Shown here: positions 29,269 through 32,000 of the stretch, in pieces
Numbering within the stretch: position 1 is the stretch's first letter
How the letters are laid out: each line of letters begins with the position of its first letter
Source of the DNA: Rariglobus sp.
GTDB taxonomy: Bacteria > Verrucomicrobiota > Verrucomicrobiia > Opitutales > Opitutaceae
Direction: 5' to 3'
DNA: 32,000 bases
Assembly (NCBI GenBank): GCA_031412735.1
Contig: JANODO010000050.1
Location: 1-32,000 of the forward strand
Made by a program: the position numbers and the translations under genes
The notes under the pieces: generated by a model
Told to the model about the DNA's origin: nothing
The model's input: only the letters and a program-made list of their open reading frames with translations
The model's database searches: none

Positions 29269-30702
29269 TTATGACTTCGGGGCGAGGGCGGTGAAGGCCG
29301 ACTGAGCCGGGTCGCGCGTGACCGGGCCGCCCATGGCGCGATGGAGCGCAATGCGGAGGGTGGTCAAACGGCGATTTTCGCGGATGGAGCGTTGCTCGAC
29401 GGAGTAGAGCTGCTGGGTGGCGGACAACACGGGCAGGTAATCGGTGAGACCGGCGTCGTAGCGACTGCGCGCCTGCTTGATCGTGCTTTCGAGAATGGAG
29501 CGCCGGCGGGCGAGCGCCTCGAGCAGTTCACGTTGCCGGGATTCGTTGCGCACCAGCGCCTCAACCTCCCAAGCGGCTTGCAGGAAATCTTGAGAGAACG
29601 TGGCGAGTCGTTCGCGGTAGACAGCCTTGGTTCTCACCCATTCTTGACGGCGTAATCCCCAGTCGAGGAGCGGCTGGACGAGGCCGCCGCCGAGTGAAAC
29701 GACCGTGGTGGCGGGCGAACGCCCTTCGACGTGGAGCGCCTCGGCGGTCAGCGTGAGTTGAGGTAGCCGGTCGGCGAGCGCGCGACCGGTTTCCGCATCG
29801 GCGGCCACCAAGGAGGCACGCGATGCCTTGAGATCGGGACGGCGCTGGAGGAGTTCGTCGATGCGTTCCAAGCGGGCCAGCGGGCCGATCACGGGGAGTG
29901 GAGCGCCTTCACCCACCGTGGTCACGAATGGGTCGCCCGGCGTGGCGCCCAACAATGCGCCGAGTGCGTTTTGCAAATCTTCCAGCGTCGCTTTGGCGAC
30001 CGGAATCTGGCTCTCCAATTCGGCGACTTGTGATTGTTGTTGGAGGACGTCGAGGTTGGAGATCAACCCTTCTTCGTAACGTTGCCCGATGATGCGAAGG
30101 AGCTCGTTGGCGGTGCCGCGTTGTTCTTCAAGCAAGGTGAGCAACCAGCGTTGTTCGATGATACTGAAGTAGACGTCGGCCACGCTGGCACTGAGGGCCA
30201 AGCGGAAGTTTTCGGTTTCGTAGATCCGCACCCACGTGTCCGCAGCCCGGGCCTTGGCAGTGCCGCTCTGGCGACCGAAAAGATCGGGCGCCCAGCGCGC
30301 ATTGGCACCGGCGCTCCATTGCGTGGCACGGCGGTCGCGCCCGCGGGCGAAAACTTCGTCGGTAATGTCGCCGTCCACGTCGAGGGTCGGGAACAGGCCG
30401 GCGCGTCCCCGTTGGTAAACGGCGATCGCTTGATTGATGCGTTCGCGGGAGGCGGTCGCATCAAGGTTTTCGTGCAAGGCGCGTCGGATGAGTGAATCCA
30501 AGCCGGAGCTATCAAAGTGCGACCACCAAGGCGGAGCGGGGGTTGAGGGAGCTTCGCCGACCGGATAGGCCTGCCCACCTTTGAGTGGCGCAGGGGATAG
30601 ATTTGCCCGGTGCAGCGAACACCCGGTTGTCGCGGAGAGCGCGACGGCGGCGAGCACCCACGGGATCATTTGTTGCGAAGTGCTGCGAAGGGCGGAGGAC
30701 AT
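29269..30702 (-). CDS. efflux transporter outer membrane factor lipoprotein, NodT family
   Basis: Lipobox LSATTGCS after a signal peptide. 477 aa with the two OEP/TolC-type repeats (for example LDVLQQQSQVAELESQIPVAKA and YDAGLTDYLPVLSATQQLYSVEQ). Confidence 0.88.
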   Translation of the reverse strand: MSSALRSTSQQMIPWVLAAVALSATTGCSLHRANLSPAPLKGGQAYPVGEAPSTPAPPWWSHFDSSGLDSLIRRALHENLDATASRERINQAIAVYQRGRAGLFPTLDVDGDITDEVFARGRDRRATQWSAGANARWAPDLFGRQSGTAKARAADTWVRIYETENFRLALSASVADVYFSIIEQRWLLTLLEEQRGTANELLRIIGQRYEEGLISNLDVLQQQSQVAELESQIPVAKATLEDLQNALGALLGATPGDPFVTTVGEGAPLPVIGPLARLERIDELLQRRPDLKASRASLVAADAETGRALADRLPQLTLTAEALHVEGRSPATTVVSLGGGLVQPLLDWGLRRQEWVRTKAVYRERLATFSQDFLQAAWEVEALVRNESRQRELLEALARRRSILESTIKQARSRYDAGLTDYLPVLSATQQLYSVEQRSIRENRRLTTLRIALHRAMGGPVTRDPAQSAFTALAPKS

Positions 30703-30849
30703 GAGAGGACCAGATTGCGGGAAACAGAGTCCCTCCGCGAGCAGGCGGCCTGACGGTAAGGCTTCGCGTTTTGTGCGAGACGAAGCGTTACGCGGCCACT
30801 GTTACCTGAGGAGTGCGGCCTGGTGGGGCCGCACTGCGGAGAGCTGGAA

Positions 30850-31368
30850 TCAGAGCTTTCCAGCGTCGGCGGTGAGCGTGGTGGTGCCGCCCTTGCGGGC
30901 GATCATCTCAACCAGACGTTGGATTTCGAGCTCGGTGGCGCGTTTGGTAATGCGGGCCTTTTCAATTTCGATTTCAAAATCGAGATTGGCCTGAGTGATG
31001 GTTTCCTTGGATGCACGCACGGCGGCGAGGCGGGCGGTGAGCGCCTTGAACTCGGCTTCGTTTTTGGCGGCTTGAGCGATGTAGGTGGCCGTGTCGGCGG
31101 CAATGGCGTCTCCGGCAGCCTGCCACTTGGCGCGCTTCTCGTCTTCTTTGCGTTTTTCTTCAGCGATGCGTTCGGCGGTGCGCTTTTCGGCATCGACCGT
31201 GGCTTGACGTTCGGCCTCTTGCTTTTTGGCAAGCGTTTCGGCCGCAGTCTTCTCGGCGACGATCTGTTCCTGGGCTTTCTTCTCCTTGGCATCCACGACG
31301 TGGACGTAGTAGAGGCCGGTGAAGCCGAGCGTGAGGACGAGCGGGATGATGTAGGTGCTTTTGTTCAT
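30850..31368 (-). CDS. hypothetical membrane-anchored coiled-coil protein (Lys/Glu/Ala-rich), paralog 1
   Basis: N-terminal TM IIPLVLTLGFTGLYYV, then a heptad-like KEKKAQEQIVAEKTAAETLAKKQEAERQ region. Same size and architecture as the adjacent gene. Confidence 0.55.
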   Translation of the reverse strand: MNKSTYIIPLVLTLGFTGLYYVHVVDAKEKKAQEQIVAEKTAAETLAKKQEAERQATVDAEKRTAERIAEEKRKEDEKRAKWQAAGDAIAADTATYIAQAAKNEAEFKALTARLAAVRASKETITQANLDFEIEIEKARITKRATELEIQRLVEMIARKGGTTTLTADAGKL

Positions 31369-31388
31369 GGCGGACGGCTCGATCTGAA

Positions 31389-31904
31389 TTATTTGGCGGC
31401 GACGGGTGCGGGTGCAGGTGCGGGGATCGCTAGGTTGGTGAGGACGGTCTGGAGGGTCTTCACGTTGGTTTGGGCCTTGGCGTTTAGCTCGACGAGGAAC
31501 TGGCGTTCCGTTTCGGATTCTTTGCGGGCGGCGGTGAGCTTGGTGATGGCGGCCTCTTCCACCTCGATGTCTTTCTTCAACCGTTCGAGTTGCTTGGTGA
31601 CGCGGTCTTGGTCGCGGAACGCTTTGTCACGGGCGTCGATGGCGGCTTGGCGGGCCTCTTTCTCGGCTTTGTCCTTGGCGTCCTTGGCCTCTTTTTCCGC
31701 TTTGCGGACCTCGGCGGCTTTGATGGCGTCGGCCATCGCAGTTTTACGGGCAAGGAGCTCGGCGTCGTTCTTTGCTTTGAGGTCGGAGGCGACGCGGGCG
31801 ACTTCGATGGCGTTACGTTCCTTCTGTCCTTTTTGGTGAACGGAATAGAAGCAGATGAAAACGATGAGGGCTAGGACGGGTGCGATGAAACTGACTTTTT
31901 TCAT
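31389..31904 (-). CDS. hypothetical membrane-anchored coiled-coil protein (Lys/Glu/Ala-rich), paralog 2
   Basis: N-terminal TM FIAPVLALIVFICFYSV, then a charged coiled-coil region and a C-terminal PAPAPAPVAAK tail. 171 aa versus 172 aa for the neighbour. Confidence 0.55.
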   Translation of the reverse strand: MKKVSFIAPVLALIVFICFYSVHQKGQKERNAIEVARVASDLKAKNDAELLARKTAMADAIKAAEVRKAEKEAKDAKDKAEKEARQAAIDARDKAFRDQDRVTKQLERLKKDIEVEEAAITKLTAARKESETERQFLVELNAKAQTNVKTLQTVLTNLAIPAPAPAPVAAK

Positions 31905-31930
31905 TTTGAATGATCCTTGAAAGGTAAAGT

Positions 31931-32000
31931 TTAGCTGCGGGTAAGGGACTCGCGGGCGCGGAGGGAATCGGCGACGGCTTTAGAGATTTGATCGATGGTG
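31931..32000 (-). CDS. 3' end of an unidentified gene (start outside window)
   Basis: The minus frame is open to the window edge and reads TIDQISKAVADSLRARESLTRS, then TAA at 31931-31933. It is too short to identify. Confidence 0.25.
   Translation of the reverse strand, partial: TIDQISKAVADSLRARESLTRS

Overview
High-GC bacterial chromosomal segment. It is possibly Verrucomicrobiota/Opitutaceae-like; that is an inference from an HGbI-like globin, near absence of Shine-Dalgarno sequences and the repeat style, not a database result. The window is organised around molybdenum. (1) A long minus-strand Moco biosynthesis operon runs moaA ... moaD-moaE ... moeA ... moaC-mog-MOSC-mobA (14039 down to 3013). 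(2) A periplasmic nitrate reductase operon napD-napA plus a tandem-NapB-like tetrahaem cytochrome (20494 down to 16968) continues without a break into nitrosative-stress type genes: truncated haemoglobin, CopD-like membrane protein, cupin, HGbI-like globin, DUF2249. (3) A divergent operon (20588-23933) encodes a tetrahaem cytochrome c, an NrfC-like FeS protein, an NrfD-like membrane protein and an Rrf2 regulator. (4) modA-modB sit with a ModE-like regulator and a strong ModE-type palindromic operator. The left edge holds the end of an integrative element (xis-like fragment and tyrosine integrase abutting tRNA-Pro) and an RpoD-family sigma factor. The right part holds a LysR regulator, a signal-less NrtA/NasS-like binding protein, a NodT-type outer membrane factor and two tandem coiled-coil membrane-anchored paralogs. 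The most unusual content is what has invaded the Moco operon. First, a family of compound hairpin elements (tandem 8-10-mers nested in 29-39 bp inverted arms) sits at almost every gene junction; one is nested inside another, and the elements donate stop codons and abut start codons. Second, a GxxExxY (PD-(D/E)XK-like) gene lies next to one hairpin. Third, there is a toxin-antitoxin pair with a decayed toxin. Fourth, a 1194-aa single-chain Type IIG-like N6-adenine methyltransferase carries a C-terminal DUF4926-like fusion and lies next to a truncated Type III Mod remnant. All calls come from reading the translations and sequence by eye; no searches were run.
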